Positions 1 through 10,966 of a stretch of DNA of 64,000 nucleotides are shown here, piece after piece. Below the pieces are notes generated by a model. That model ran no database searches, was not told the DNA's origin, and was given only the letters and a program-made list of their open reading frames with translations. Source of the DNA: Bacillota bacterium (GTDB taxonomy: Bacteria; Bacillota; Sulfobacillia; UBA995); NCBI GenBank assembly GCA_035477115.1, contig DATIKW010000018.1, positions 21,256-85,255 of the forward strand, given 5' to 3'. Position 1 is the first letter of the stretch; each line of letters opens with the position of its first letter. The translations under genes were made by a program, and so were the position numbers.

Positions 1-114
1 GTGGGCGCGACCCTTCAGCGCCTGGCGAAGAAGGGCCCGATGCGGCTGCGCCTGTGGAACTTGGCGAAGGACTGGCCGGCCCCCCACAAGACCCGGCGAC
101 AAGTTTGAGGGGAG

Positions 115-1209
115 TCAGCGCAAGAACTTCGGATCGGGACCCGCCCGCAGCCATGGCGGCAAGGCGAAGTCGTCGTCCCCGACCAAGGTAGGGATTTCCA
201 GATCCGGCTTGGGCGGCGGGCGGCGTCTCGGCTCGAAGCCGGTAGCGATGACCGTCACCCGCAATTCGTCGCCAGCCGACTGGTCGATGACCATGCCGCA
301 GATGATGTTGGCCTGGGGATCGGCCACTTTCTGGATGACGCGCGCCGCCTCGTCGGCCTCGAAGAGGGCCAGGTCCGGGCCGCCGGTGATGTTGATCAGC
401 ACCCCCTTGGCCCCATCGATCGAGGTTTCCAGCAAGGGGCTGGAGATCGCGGCCTGGGCCGCCTCCACCGCCCGATTGTCGCCTCGGGCCACGCCGATGC
501 CCATCAGGGCGGACCCGGTATCGCGCATGATCGTCCGCACATCGGCGAAGTCGAGGTTGATCAGTCCCGGCACCGCTACCAGGTCGGAGACGCCCTGCAC
601 CCCCTGCCGCAACACGTCGTCGGCAAGCCGGAAGGAGTCGAGGATGGTCGTCTTGCGATCGACGACCTGCAGCAGGCGATCATTGGGGATCACGATCAGC
701 GTATCCACCCGTTCTCTGAGTTCCTCTATGCCGGTCTCCGCCTGCAGCGACCGGGTGCGACCCTCGAAAGTGAACGGCCTGGTCACAACGCCTACCGTCA
801 GACTACCCTGTTCGCGGGCGCACTCCGCCACGATCGGCGCCGCCCCGGTGCCCGTGCCTCCCCCCATGCCGGCGGTGACGAAGGTCATGTCGGAGCCCCG
901 CATGGCTTCCATCAGGGTCTCGCGGCTCTCCTCCGCCGCCTTGCGGCCGATGGCGGGGTCTCCGCCCGCCCCCAGTCCCTTGGTCAGCTTCTCGCCCAAC
1001 TGAAGCCGGACCGCAGCACGCGACAACGACAGGGCTTGCGCGTCGGTGTTGAGGCTTATGAACTCCACGCCCCGCAGGCCTGCCGCCAGCATGCGGTTCA
1101 CGGCGTTGCTCCCCCCGCCGCCTACCCCGACCACCTTGATCACCGCGAACTGCTCGGCATCCATCTCCAGTTCCAGCAAGGCCTCATCGCCTCCCAAACC
1201 CGACCGCAC
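115..1209 (-). CDS. ftsZ: Cell division GTPase FtsZ
   Basis: ORF translation has the tubulin signature [10 protein letters not shown] and the N-terminal [17 protein letters not shown]. The C-terminal tail ends ...[14 protein letters not shown]. The true start may be the internal M at about 1164. Confidence 0.9.
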   Translation of the reverse strand: MRSGLGGDEALLELEMDAEQFAVIKVVGVGGGGSNAVNRMLAAGLRGVEFISLNTDAQALSLSRAAVRLQLGEKLTKGLGAGGDPAIGRKAAEESRETLMEAMRGSDMTFVTAGMGGGTGTGAAPIVAECAREQGSLTVGVVTRPFTFEGRTRSLQAETGIEELRERVDTLIVIPNDRLLQVVDRKTTILDSFRLADDVLRQGVQGVSDLVAVPGLINLDFADVRTIMRDTGSALMGIGVARGDNRAVEAAQAAISSPLLETSIDGAKGVLINITGGPDLALFEADEAARVIQKVADPQANIICGMVIDQSAGDELRVTVIATGFEPRRRPPPKPDLEIPTLVGDDDFALPPWLRAGPDPKFLR

Positions 1210-1274
1210 CGCAGACGAGGATTCTATGAGAATATTGGTTTCCCTTCCATCAGCCCGCCCCGGCCGCTCGGGGG

Positions 1275-2045
1275 TCAGTCGGTCAATTTGACTCGCGGTC
1301 TGGCCGGCTGGCGGAGGTCAATGTACTCGGCCCGTCGCCCCTTCACCGCCAGTTCGTCGACCACCGCCCGCATGGCGGCCACCTTGGCGGCCATGGCCTC
1401 GGGCGAGCCGAAATACACGGCTATGCCGCCGGCGGTGTAGGCGATGACCTCTCCCCCCTCGGCCAGGTGGATTTCCGCCAGCAGTCCATGATCCTCGCCC
1501 ACATACCCTAGCAGGATCAGGGCCGTGTCCAGCCGGCTGGACAGGTCGTCCCCGGGGAGCGCGCGACCCACGTCCACCCCGGTGATCACCGGGACCATGG
1601 GCAAGACCTCGGCCAGACCCAACACCCTCCCTTGCCCATCCAGTTCCAGGAAAGATGCGTAGTAGGGCACTACGGCCGCGACCGGTCGCTCGACGATGGC
1701 GATGGCAATGCCGGAGGGCAGGTCGCGGCTGACCCGGGCATGTAGTACCCGGGGATGGGCCTCGATTGCCTGGCGCACTCGGCCCAGCGATAGCCGCCAA
1801 GTGTTCATTCCTGCTCCCAGGCCTGCGAGGTCGATGATTTCCTGTTCGCCGATCCGCCATAGGCCGTCTACCGTCACCTCACGGACTTCAAACAGGGGCG
1901 AGTCGAGCAAGAGGAAGCATCCTATAGCGGCCAGTACCGTGATCGCGAGCGCCACGCGGGCACCGGGGGCGACCCGCCGGACACTCCGCCTGGGCATTGA
2001 CCGGCCAGGCGCGGCCTGACCGAGGTCAGTCCGCCCGCCGGACAT
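1275..2045 (-). CDS. ftsQ: Cell division protein FtsQ/DivIB
   Basis: Sits between murA and ftsZ. Single TM segment ([17 protein letters not shown]) followed by a POTRA-like region ([11 protein letters not shown]...). The ORF track extends to 2135; I infer the start from the murA stop position. Confidence 0.6.
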   Translation of the reverse strand: MSGGRTDLGQAAPGRSMPRRSVRRVAPGARVALAITVLAAIGCFLLLDSPLFEVREVTVDGLWRIGEQEIIDLAGLGAGMNTWRLSLGRVRQAIEAHPRVLHARVSRDLPSGIAIAIVERPVAAVVPYYASFLELDGQGRVLGLAEVLPMVPVITGVDVGRALPGDDLSSRLDTALILLGYVGEDHGLLAEIHLAEGGEVIAYTAGGIAVYFGSPEAMAAKVAAMRAVVDELAVKGRRAEYIDLRQPARPRVKLTD

Positions 2046-3321
2046 CGGCGCCCGCGGATTGCAGCTGGAGTTCGAATCCCTCGTACCCGCGATCGACGTG
2101 CTGGGCGCCATACACTTCCGTCGTACCCTCCGCACCCAGTCCCGCCAGGATCAAGGCCGCGCCGCTACGCAGGTCCGTGGCGTGTACCGCCGCTCCCGAC
2201 AACCGGCTGACCCCGCGTACCACCGCCGCCGCCCCTTCCACCCGGATGTCCGCACCCATGCGCCGCAACTCCGCCGCGTGGTTGAACCGGTTGGGGAAGA
2301 TGGTCTCGCCGATGATGCTGATCCCCTGGGCCGTGCACATCATCGCCATGACCTGCGGCTGCATATCCGTAGGGAATCCCGGGTAAGGGAGAGTCTTGAA
2401 GTCGGTGGCGCGCAGCGGGGGGTCAGCACGAGCGATCAGGGCATCCGGGTCGCGCCGGATCTCCAGTCCGGCCTCGCGCAGCTTGGCTATCAGTGCCTCC
2501 AGGTGTTCGGGGATGACGTTGGTCAGGCGGACCTCGCCGCCAGCCGATCCGACCCCGGCCAACAGAGTCCCCGCCTCGATCCGATCGGGGATGACCGCAT
2601 GTTCCCCGCCGCCAAGACGCTCCACTCCGTCCACGCGGATGTCGCCGGTCCCCGCGCCGCGGATGCGCGCGCCCAACGTGTTCAGGAAGTTCTGCAGGTC
2701 AACTATCTCCGGTTCCTTGGCGGCGTTCCGGATGAGCGTGATCCCCTCGGCGAGGGCGGCCGCCATCATGAGGTTCTCGGTGGCTCCGACACTCGGGAAA
2801 TCCAGGTGAATCTCCGCGCCCCGTAGGCCCGGAGTCTCCGCCTCGATGTAGCCGCCCCGCTCGCGAATGCTCGCCCCCAATGCCTGTAGCCCGGCCAGGT
2901 GCAGATCGATGGGTCGTGGGCCGATAGCGCAGCCTCCAGGGTGAGAGATCCTGACCCGGCCCACCCTGCCGAGCAGGGGTCCCATGAGGAAGATGGATGA
3001 TCGCATCTCTCCTACCAGGTGATCGGGCACCTCGTGGCCGTTCAGCACATCAGCCCGAACCACCAGGGCTCGACGGGGATGGCCGGCGCACTCGACGTCG
3101 ACGCGCGCTCCCAGACTGGTCAGGATCTGCTGCATCACCGCCGTGTCCCTCAAGCGCGGAGCATCCAGCACCACGCATTCCGACGGCGTCAACAGACAAG
3201 CGGCCAGGATCGGCAAGGTGGCGTTCTTGGCGCCGTTCACCCGTACCTGCCCCCGTAAGCGCACGCCGCCCCTCACCACGAAACTCCCCACTCCGGGGCA
3301 CCTACTCTCTGCCTTCCTCAT
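2026..3321 (-). CDS. murA: UDP-N-acetylglucosamine 1-carboxyvinyltransferase MurA
   Basis: N-terminal RGGVRLRGQVRVNGAKNATLPILAA matches MurA. Length is about 420-430 aa. The real start is probably a GTG near 3294. Confidence 0.85.
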   Translation of the reverse strand: MRKAESRCPGVGSFVVRGGVRLRGQVRVNGAKNATLPILAACLLTPSECVVLDAPRLRDTAVMQQILTSLGARVDVECAGHPRRALVVRADVLNGHEVPDHLVGEMRSSIFLMGPLLGRVGRVRISHPGGCAIGPRPIDLHLAGLQALGASIRERGGYIEAETPGLRGAEIHLDFPSVGATENLMMAAALAEGITLIRNAAKEPEIVDLQNFLNTLGARIRGAGTGDIRVDGVERLGGGEHAVIPDRIEAGTLLAGVGSAGGEVRLTNVIPEHLEALIAKLREAGLEIRRDPDALIARADPPLRATDFKTLPYPGFPTDMQPQVMAMMCTAQGISIIGETIFPNRFNHAAELRRMGADIRVEGAAAVVRGVSRLSGAAVHATDLRSGAALILAGLGAEGTTEVYGAQHVDRGYEGFELQLQSAGADVRRAD

Positions 3322-4729
3322 CGCGGATGGCCTCTAGGATGCGGGGAGCCAACTCCCCCACATCGCCGCAACCGAGCGTAAGGACTACATCTCCCGGCCG
3401 GGCCCGCTCCACGGCGACGGCCAGGGCGGAATCGAGATCGGGTACGGGGACCGCTTCCCGGCCGGCCCGCTCCCGAATCGCCGCCACGATCAGTGCCGAG
3501 CTTACCCCCGCCTGGGGAGGCTCACTCGCAGGGAACAGCGGAGGGACGATGACCACCGAGGCATGGCGGAAAGGAGGGCCGAACTCCCGGTGTAACCGCG
3601 CGGTCCTGGTGTACCGGTGGGGCTGAAACACCACCAGCACGTGCTGGTAGCCCTCCGCCGCCAGCGTGGCGAGGGTCGTCTCGATTTCCGTGGGGTGATG
3701 GCCGTAATCGTCCATGACCGTAATGCCCCCGGCGGTCCCGAGGATCTGGTAACGTCGCTCGACCCCGCTGAAGGTCTGGCACGCTTCCCGGCAAGCATCA
3801 AAGGGGACACCCAGGCGGTCGGCAGCCGCGATCGCCCCCAGGGCGTTCATCACGTTATGCATCCCGGGAATTCCCAGTTCCACCCTGCCCATCAGCCGCG
3901 GCTCCCGGTACACGTCGAAGCGCGCCCGGCGAGGCTCCAGGCTGATGTGACACGCCGTGTAGTCGGCCGAGGCGCGGATAGCGTAAGTCGCAGCGGGAGT
4001 GCCGAGCCCGGGCCGCAGAGCTGCCAGGCGAGGATCGTCCGCAGAGAGGACAGCCAGACCTTCCCGGCCCGGACGCTCGAGGAACTGCCGGAAAGCTTCG
4101 GTCAGGGCATCCATGCTCCCATAGTAGTTCAAGTGATCATCGTCCACGTTGGTCACCAAGGCCACGGCGGGCGACAGCTTCAGCAGGGACCCGTCACTCT
4201 CATCCGCTTCCACCACCGCAAACTGACCGCCTCCGAGTTCGGCTCCCGTGCCCAGTTCCGGCTGGACCCCTCCGACCACCAGCGTGGGATCGTGGCCGGC
4301 CTGACGGAGCATCCGGTACACCAGCGAGGTGGTGGTCGTCTTGCCGTGGCTGCCGGACACGGCGATCATACGTTTCCCCCTCAAGGCCAAGTTCAACATC
4401 TCAATGCGCCGCAGTACGGGGAAGCCGCGCTCGCGAGCCGCCTCGAGTTCGGGATTGTCGTCGGCCACCGCCGAGGAGATGACCACCACGTCCGGCCTTC
4501 CCAGGTTCTCCGGACGATGGCCCCGGTAGACGGTGACGCCAAGGCCCTCCAGCTTGCGTACGGTCTCCGATTCTCGGAGGTCGGAACCAGTCACTCGACA
4601 ACCCATTCGGACCAGGATCGCCGCGATCGCGCTCATTCCCGACCCACCGATCCCGATCAGGTGCACTCGTCGCCAATCTTCGCCGGACGCCATCGTGGTC
4701 AGGAGCAGCCCCTCTCCGGCCGCCAGCAT
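3302..4729 (-). CDS. murC: UDP-N-acetylmuramate--L-alanine ligase MurC
   Basis: HLIGIGGSGMSAIAAIL nucleotide-binding N-terminus and GSHGKTTTTSL P-loop, the Mur ligase family signature. Confidence 0.88.
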   Translation of the reverse strand: MLAAGEGLLLTTMASGEDWRRVHLIGIGGSGMSAIAAILVRMGCRVTGSDLRESETVRKLEGLGVTVYRGHRPENLGRPDVVVISSAVADDNPELEAARERGFPVLRRIEMLNLALRGKRMIAVSGSHGKTTTTSLVYRMLRQAGHDPTLVVGGVQPELGTGAELGGGQFAVVEADESDGSLLKLSPAVALVTNVDDDHLNYYGSMDALTEAFRQFLERPGREGLAVLSADDPRLAALRPGLGTPAATYAIRASADYTACHISLEPRRARFDVYREPRLMGRVELGIPGMHNVMNALGAIAAADRLGVPFDACREACQTFSGVERRYQILGTAGGITVMDDYGHHPTEIETTLATLAAEGYQHVLVVFQPHRYTRTARLHREFGPPFRHASVVIVPPLFPASEPPQAGVSSALIVAAIRERAGREAVPVPDLDSALAVAVERARPGDVVLTLGCGDVGELAPRILEAIRDEEGRE

Positions 4730-4735
4730 CCCATC

Positions 4736-5875
4736 TTATGCTCCGCCTGGGTGCCGGGTTACGAATGTCCCGGATAGCGCGATTGCGAGATCCGCCAGCT
4801 GGCGGGCGGCATCCGGCCGGCCCAGCGCCCGACTGGCCGCGGCCATCGACCGTCGCCGGCGCGGATCGTCCAGAATGGCGCGGATTTCCCTGGCGAGGCG
4901 AGGACCGTCGAGTTCGCTCTCCGGCACCAGCCGGGCTGCGCCTCGGGCCTCGAGGATCCTGGCGTTATGCGTTTGTTCGTCGTGCGCCACGTTGGGGGAC
5001 GGGATGATGATCGCGGGCAGACCACGGACGGTGATCTCGGCCAAGGTGATACCCCCGCCCCGTACCACGACCACGTCGGCGGCAGCGAGGGCCGCGGGCG
5101 CATCATGAAGGTACTCGCGAACCACCAGTCCGGGTCGGCGTGACGGGTCAATGCTCTTCGCCGCCAGACCAGCCATCACCTGCTCGAACTGGCCCTTACC
5201 GGTCGACCATACCAGCTGTAACTCCGGTCGCGCGACCAGTTCCGGCAACGCCTCCAGCAATGCTTGATTCAGCCGGCGGGCGCCGAGGCTGCCCCCGAAT
5301 GCATACACCGCGGGTGAGGACGGACTGAACCCCAGGGCTCGGGCGCCTTGCTCGCGGGTGATAGCAAGCACTTCCGGTCGCACGGGGTTGCCCGTGACCA
5401 CGCAGCGCGTCCCCCGGGGAAAGGCCGCGACCGTCTCCGGATACGGCACCCCGACGGCGCCGGCCCACCGGGAAAGCCATCGGTTGGCCCTCCCGGGGAA
5501 GGCATTCTGTTCCTGCAAGAGGAATGGCACCCCCGCGGCCAGCGCGGCCAGGATCACGGGCACCTGGACGTAACCTCCCGTGCCCACGACCACGGAGGGC
5601 CGGAAGCTGCGTACGAGCTGCCAGGCTTGCAGTGAACCAGCGGCCAGTTCGCGAACTCCTCGCGCCAGGTCGGGCAGGGACTTCCCCGACAGTCCCCGCG
5701 CCCGAACCGCCCGGAAAGCTATCCCCTCGCGGGCGGCCAGTTCCGCCTCGATGCCACGCTGCGTCCCGGCATACATGAGTTCTACCCCGGGAACGAGTTC
5801 GCGGAGCGCCTGAGCGATGGCCAGGGCCGGGTAGGCATGTCCTCCCGTGCCGCCTCCCGTCAAGAGCGCCCTCAT
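4736..5875 (-). CDS. murG: Undecaprenyl-PP-MurNAc-pentapeptide GlcNAc transferase MurG
   Basis: MRALLTGGGTGGHAYPALAIAQAL matches the MurG N-terminus. The ORF track extends upstream to 6106. I place the start at the internal ATG, which overlaps the ftsW stop. Confidence 0.85.
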   Translation of the reverse strand: MRALLTGGGTGGHAYPALAIAQALRELVPGVELMYAGTQRGIEAELAAREGIAFRAVRARGLSGKSLPDLARGVRELAAGSLQAWQLVRSFRPSVVVGTGGYVQVPVILAALAAGVPFLLQEQNAFPGRANRWLSRWAGAVGVPYPETVAAFPRGTRCVVTGNPVRPEVLAITREQGARALGFSPSSPAVYAFGGSLGARRLNQALLEALPELVARPELQLVWSTGKGQFEQVMAGLAAKSIDPSRRPGLVVREYLHDAPAALAAADVVVVRGGGITLAEITVRGLPAIIIPSPNVAHDEQTHNARILEARGAARLVPESELDGPRLAREIRAILDDPRRRRSMAAASRALGRPDAARQLADLAIALSGTFVTRHPGGA

Positions 5876-6990
5876 TGTCGGCAGTACCGCGATATGTTGA
5901 GCAGTATCCCCACCCCCGCCATGCAAATCACCAGCGACGAGCCGCCAAAGCTCAGAAACGGCAGAGGTATACCGGTAATGGGCAGCGTATTGGTGACCAC
6001 ACCGATGTTCATCGTCGCCTGAAGCATGATCATGCTGGTGACGCCTGCCGCGAGCAACGAACCCAGGGTGTCGGGGGCCTTCACCGCCACGAGATATCCC
6101 CGCCACGCGAACCCCAGAAAGAGGAGGAGCACGAAAGCACCGCCCACCAGCCCCAGTTCCTCAGCAAGCACGGCGAAGATGAAGTCGGTGTGCTGCTCAG
6201 GAAGATAGAAGTGCTTGTGAACGCTCCGTCCCAGTCCCACGCCGAAGATGCCGCCGCTCCCCAGCGCATAGAGCGACTGGATGGTCTGAAAGCCGGCGCC
6301 CAACGGATCATCGAAGGGCCTGAGGAAGGCGAGCAGGCGTTCGAGGCGATACTCGGCGGTGAAGATTGCCCAGAACGCTACCGGCACGGCGGCGGCGACC
6401 AGGACGCCCAGATGGCCCGGCCGAGCGCCGGCCATGAATAACAGGAAGAAGAGGATCGCGGCGAGGTGGATGGCGGTGCCGAGGTCGGGCTGGGCCAGAA
6501 TGAGGAGGAACATCGCCCCCAAGAGGCCGACCCAAGGCAGTATCCCGGTCGTGAACCGCCCAAGCCGTTCGGGGTGACCCGACAGGCCTACGGCGGCATA
6601 GATGACCACGGCAAGCTTGGCCAGTTCGGAGGGCTGAAAAGCCAGGACGCCGACATCGATCCACCGGCGGGCACCGGCACCGGCCTGCGCCACCCCCGGC
6701 AAGAGCACGGCAACCAGGAGCATAGTGGCTCCCAGCATGATCGGTGCCGCCCACCTGCGGTACCTGCGGTAATCGACCCGCACGCCGATCGCTAGTGCCC
6801 CCAGGCCGATCAGCAGCCAGAGCAGTTGGCGCCGGAGGTAGAAGGCGGGGTCGCCATACCACGCTTCTGCCTTGACCAGGCTGGCCGAGAGGATCATGAT
6901 CAGCCCCAGACCGGCAAGGGTGATCGCGATCAGGAGTATGGAGGGATCCGGGGACCCCGGTCGCGACCGCTGGCAAGCGCGGGCGATCAT
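5872..6990 (-). CDS. ftsW: Peptidoglycan glycosyltransferase FtsW (SEDS family)
   Basis: Multi-TM SEDS protein (FtsW/RodA/SpoVE family) sitting between mraY and murG. The start is trimmed to the M that overlaps the mraY stop in an ATGA arrangement. Confidence 0.8.
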   Translation of the reverse strand: MIARACQRSRPGSPDPSILLIAITLAGLGLIMILSASLVKAEAWYGDPAFYLRRQLLWLLIGLGALAIGVRVDYRRYRRWAAPIMLGATMLLVAVLLPGVAQAGAGARRWIDVGVLAFQPSELAKLAVVIYAAVGLSGHPERLGRFTTGILPWVGLLGAMFLLILAQPDLGTAIHLAAILFFLLFMAGARPGHLGVLVAAAVPVAFWAIFTAEYRLERLLAFLRPFDDPLGAGFQTIQSLYALGSGGIFGVGLGRSVHKHFYLPEQHTDFIFAVLAEELGLVGGAFVLLLFLGFAWRGYLVAVKAPDTLGSLLAAGVTSMIMLQATMNIGVVTNTLPITGIPLPFLSFGGSSLVICMAGVGILLNISRYCRQ

Positions 6991-7934
6991 CGGGGCGCCC
7001 CCCAGGCCATGCCCAGCAAAGCGAGGGCGGCGAACGCCAGCCCGGCCGCCCAGAAGACGAGGACGACCTTCCGTTCCGACCATCCGACCAGTTCGAAGTG
7101 ATGATGCAGGGGGCACATGCGTATGATCCGCCGGCCGGTAAGGCGGAAGGCCGTCACCTGAAGCATGACCGACAGCGTTTCCACCACGAACACGCCGGCA
7201 ATCACGGGGAGCACCAGTTCGGTACGGGTGAGCACCGCGGCCGACGCCAGGGCTCCGCCCAGTGCCAGCGAACCGGTGTCGCCCATGAAGACGCGGGCCG
7301 GATGCCAGTTGTGGACGAGGAAGCCCAGGCAACCCCCGACCGTCACGAGACAAAAGACCAGGAGATCGCCGGCACCCAAGATCCAGGCCAAGAGCGAGTA
7401 GGCTGCCATGGCGATCACCATCAGACCGGCCGCCAGCCCGTCGACGCCGTCGGCGAGGTTGACGCTATTGCTGGTGGACGCGGCCAGCAAGCCCACAAAG
7501 GCGGGATAGGTCCACCCTAGATCCAGTCCGAGTTCCACGAAAGGCAAACGCACGGTCGTGCCATGGCCGGGCAGTTGGAGTGCCGCCAGGCCCATCGCCA
7601 GACCCACGGCGAACTGATAGGCCAGCTTGTGCCGGGCTTTGAGGCCGAGCGACCTCCGGAGCACCACCTTCGAGTAGTCATCGATGAAGCCCAACAGGCC
7701 GTAGGCTGCCGTCACCGCAAATGCCAGGGCGAGGCGCGGGCCGCTCGCTCCGGAAACCAGCCACCCCACCGCCATCCCGCCCAGGACCAGCACTCCCCCC
7801 ATGGTAGGCGTGCCGGCCTTGACGAGATGCCGGGCCGGGCCGTCGCTGCGGATCTGTTGCCCGATCCGAAGCCGCCGCAAAGCGGGGATCAATAGCCAGC
7901 CCAACAACGCCGCCGACGCGGTCGCCGCCAGCAT
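6987..7934 (-). CDS. mraY: Phospho-N-acetylmuramoyl-pentapeptide transferase MraY
   Basis: Polytopic membrane protein with MraY-type motifs (FMGDTGSLALGG, HHHFE). The start is trimmed to the ATG at about 7934, which abuts the murF stop. Confidence 0.85.
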   Translation of the reverse strand: MLAATASAALLGWLLIPALRRLRIGQQIRSDGPARHLVKAGTPTMGGVLVLGGMAVGWLVSGASGPRLALAFAVTAAYGLLGFIDDYSKVVLRRSLGLKARHKLAYQFAVGLAMGLAALQLPGHGTTVRLPFVELGLDLGWTYPAFVGLLAASTSNSVNLADGVDGLAAGLMVIAMAAYSLLAWILGAGDLLVFCLVTVGGCLGFLVHNWHPARVFMGDTGSLALGGALASAAVLTRTELVLPVIAGVFVVETLSVMLQVTAFRLTGRRIIRMCPLHHHFELVGWSERKVVLVFWAAGLAFAALALLGMAWGAPR

Positions 7935-7938
7935 CGCG

Positions 7939-9402
7939 CTAGCCGCTGTGCTCTCTGGAGTCAGCTTCCGGACCTCCTTCCCGGCCGGCCAGGAAATCGG
8001 CCAGGAGTCGCTCCATGCACATCCCCCGGGACCCCTTGAACAGCACGGCGTCGCCGGCACGTACCATAGCCGATAGTGCCGTGAGCGCTTCCTCCGGCCG
8101 GCGGCATACCGTCACGGCGCGAAGGCCGGCGGCACGGGCAGCCGCCGCGATATCGCACGCCCGATCGCCCAGGGTGATCAGACCTTGCAGGCCGCCGCAC
8201 GCAGTTCCGACCCGACGATGGGCCTCCCCGCTTTCGGAGCCTAACTCCAGCATATCGCCAAGCACGGCGATCGCTCTCCCCGCGCCCGCCACCTCCCGCA
8301 ACGTCCTCAACGCTGCCCGCACGGATGCGGGACTGGCATTATAGGTATCGTCGATCACGGTTATGTCGCCGAGTCGCCGGATGGCCAGCCGCATGCCGGT
8401 GCGGGGCGCGGCTTCCAGACCGCGGGCGATCGCCTCCAGCCCAATCCCGAAGAGCAAGCCGACAGCTGCAGCCGCCAAGGCATTCTCCACCTGGTGCCGC
8501 CCGGGCAACGGCAAGCGGATTTCCTGCTCGGCGGGACCGGGCGGCCAGCGCCCTGTCGTGCGGCCCAGACATCTTCGCGGCCATCCCCATTCGCGGACCA
8601 CGAGCCGCCAGCGGGTCCCTTCCCCGGCGCGGTTCTCGAGATCGCAAGCGGTGACCAGGGCATCGGGAGCGTAGCCGAAGCGGATAGTAGGACCCGGGTG
8701 AGCTTCGGCCATCCTCCGCGTCCATGCATTGTCGGCATTGACCACCGCCACCCCCTCCGGAGGCAAGGCCGCCAGCAGTTCAGCCTTGGCGGTGGCGATG
8801 CGGTCGATGCTGCCCAGCAACTCGAGATGCGCCTCTCCCACATTGGTGATCACGCCTACTCGCGGCAGCGCCATGTCGGCCAAGACGGCAATCTGCCCGA
8901 GACCGCGCATGGCCATCTCCAGCACTGCCACCTCGTGCCGGCCGGTGAGCCGGAACAGGGTGAGGGGCACTCCGATTTCGGTGTTGAGGTTCCCCTCCGT
9001 CAACAAGACGCGATAGTCCTGCCCCAGCACTCCCCCGGTGAGATCCTTCACGGCGGTCTTGCCGACCGATCCGGTTATCCCGACCACGGGCAGGTCGAAC
9101 CGGCGGCGATGGTTGGCGGCCAGCATCCCCATTGCCGCCACCGGATCGGTCACTCGGACCAGCGTCAAGCCCGGAGGTTGCTCGGTAACCCGTCCGACCA
9201 GGGCCACGGTGGCGCCGGCTCGGCGCGCGGCGGACAAGAACGCATGACCGTCGTGCTGTCGGCCGACAACCGCCACGAAGAGATCGCCCGGGCTCACCTG
9301 CCGGCTGTCGGTAGTCACGCCGGAGATGGGCGCCATGGGGTCGCCGGCCGTCAACTGCCCTCCGGTAATGGCGGCCGCCTCCGCCGCCCGAAACAACGTC
9401 AC
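7939..9402 (-). CDS. murF: UDP-MurNAc-tripeptide--D-Ala-D-Ala ligase MurF
   Basis: TDSRQVSPGDLFVAV N-terminus and GITGSVGKT P-loop, the Mur ligase fold. Confidence 0.85.
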   Translation of the reverse strand: MTLFRAAEAAAITGGQLTAGDPMAPISGVTTDSRQVSPGDLFVAVVGRQHDGHAFLSAARRAGATVALVGRVTEQPPGLTLVRVTDPVAAMGMLAANHRRRFDLPVVGITGSVGKTAVKDLTGGVLGQDYRVLLTEGNLNTEIGVPLTLFRLTGRHEVAVLEMAMRGLGQIAVLADMALPRVGVITNVGEAHLELLGSIDRIATAKAELLAALPPEGVAVVNADNAWTRRMAEAHPGPTIRFGYAPDALVTACDLENRAGEGTRWRLVVREWGWPRRCLGRTTGRWPPGPAEQEIRLPLPGRHQVENALAAAAVGLLFGIGLEAIARGLEAAPRTGMRLAIRRLGDITVIDDTYNASPASVRAALRTLREVAGAGRAIAVLGDMLELGSESGEAHRRVGTACGGLQGLITLGDRACDIAAAARAAGLRAVTVCRRPEEALTALSAMVRAGDAVLFKGSRGMCMERLLADFLAGREGGPEADSREHSG

Positions 9403-10928
9403 GGCTGCCCCGCCTCACGCTCGGCTATCGCCTTGCGAGCTTCCTCCCGGTCATCCATCGCCAGCCTGGCGCTCCCGACCTCCTGATAGGTCTCGTGCCC
9501 CTTGCCGGCGATCACCACTGTGTCCCCGGATTGGGCCATAGCGATCGCCTGCCGAATGGCCAGCCTGCGGTCCGGCTCCACGTGGACTCGGGCGCTTTCG
9601 ACCTGCCCAATTCCGGCCAGGATCTCCGCGATGATCGATCGGGGGTCTTCTCCCCTCGGGTTATCGGAGGTCAACACTACCAGGTCGGCAAGGTCGGCCG
9701 CCACCCGCCCCATCATGGGACGCTTACCCCGATCCCGGTCGCCCCCGCAACCGAACACCAGCACGATCCTGCCGGTAGAGAACTCCCGTACCGCACGCAA
9801 CATGTTCTCCAGGCTGTCGGGGGTGTGGGCGTAATCCACGAGCACCGTCAAGTCCCGTCCCTCGTCAACCCGCTCCAGCCGGCCGGGAACCCGGTATTCC
9901 CTCGCCAGGACCTCGGCCATGTCCCGCGGATGGATGCCCTCGGCCATGCCTCCCGTAATCGCCGCCAGTGCATTGTAGACATTGTAGCGGCCTGGTGCGC
10001 CTATGGCCAGCGGGAGCGACCAGTCCGCCGGCTGGCCCGGATAGCCGGCCCGCAACATGAAGGAACTCCCCTCGCGTCCGAGTTCGACCTCTTCCGCCCG
10101 AACCATTGCCCCGCCTTGCAGCCCGTAGGTGAGAGCAGGTACCCGTGCCGCCCGAAGGAAGTGCTCGCTGGCCGGGTCATCGCGGTTCACAACCGCCGTC
10201 TTGGGCCCTGGCTTGTCCCGCCACGCCAGGTGCTCAGAGAACAACTTCAGCTTGGCCTCCCGGTAACCCTCCATGGTCCCGTGAAAATCCAGATGGTCCC
10301 GTCCGAGGTTGGTGAAGATGGCGGTGTCGAATTCGCAGCCGACCACCCGGGACATGGCGAGGGCGTGCGACGACACTTCCATGACCACCGCTCGATCGCC
10401 CGCCGCGGCCATCCGGGCAAGCAACCCCTGGAGGTCGGGAGATTCGGGCGTCGTCCGCTCGATCGGTTCGGGGCGGCCTCCCACGACTGTCACCACCGTA
10501 CCCACCAGACCGCATGTGATCCCGGCCGACGCCAGAACCGCTCGTAACAGGAAGGTAGTGGTGGTCTTGCCCTTGGTGCCGGTGACGCCGATCACCCGCA
10601 GTTTCCGAGCAGGCCAGTCGAACAGGTTGGCTGCCGCCAAGGCCATGGCGCCCCGCGCCTGCTCCACCCGGATCGTCGGCACGGGGAACTCCGCCTCCAA
10701 CCGCTCGACGAGGAGCGCGGCGGCGCCCCGATCCAGCGCCTGCTCACAGTATAGATGGCCGTCGGTGTTGCCTCCGGGGATGGCGCAGAACAGGTCGCCA
10801 GGCTCAACCCGACGGGAATCATAAGCCACTCCGGCGATCTCGGCGTCCCACTGGTTGCGGATTTCAAGGACGGTCAATCCTTCAAGTACCCGGGCCAGGC
10901 GCACCTGGTTGACCTCCTCCATAGTCAT
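9399..10928 (-). CDS. murE: UDP-MurNAc-L-Ala-D-Glu--2,6-diaminopimelate ligase MurE
   Basis: YDSRRVEPGDLFCAIPG and GVTGTKGKTTTTFLL P-loop. A DNPR-like motif is present (TSDNPRGEDP). Confidence 0.88.
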   Translation of the reverse strand: MTMEEVNQVRLARVLEGLTVLEIRNQWDAEIAGVAYDSRRVEPGDLFCAIPGGNTDGHLYCEQALDRGAAALLVERLEAEFPVPTIRVEQARGAMALAAANLFDWPARKLRVIGVTGTKGKTTTTFLLRAVLASAGITCGLVGTVVTVVGGRPEPIERTTPESPDLQGLLARMAAAGDRAVVMEVSSHALAMSRVVGCEFDTAIFTNLGRDHLDFHGTMEGYREAKLKLFSEHLAWRDKPGPKTAVVNRDDPASEHFLRAARVPALTYGLQGGAMVRAEEVELGREGSSFMLRAGYPGQPADWSLPLAIGAPGRYNVYNALAAITGGMAEGIHPRDMAEVLAREYRVPGRLERVDEGRDLTVLVDYAHTPDSLENMLRAVREFSTGRIVLVFGCGGDRDRGKRPMMGRVAADLADLVVLTSDNPRGEDPRSIIAEILAGIGQVESARVHVEPDRRLAIRQAIAMAQSGDTVVIAGKGHETYQEVGSARLAMDDREEARKAIAEREAGQP

Positions 10929-10966
10929 CCTCGGTTACTTATGTCCCCGAGATTGAACGCTATCCT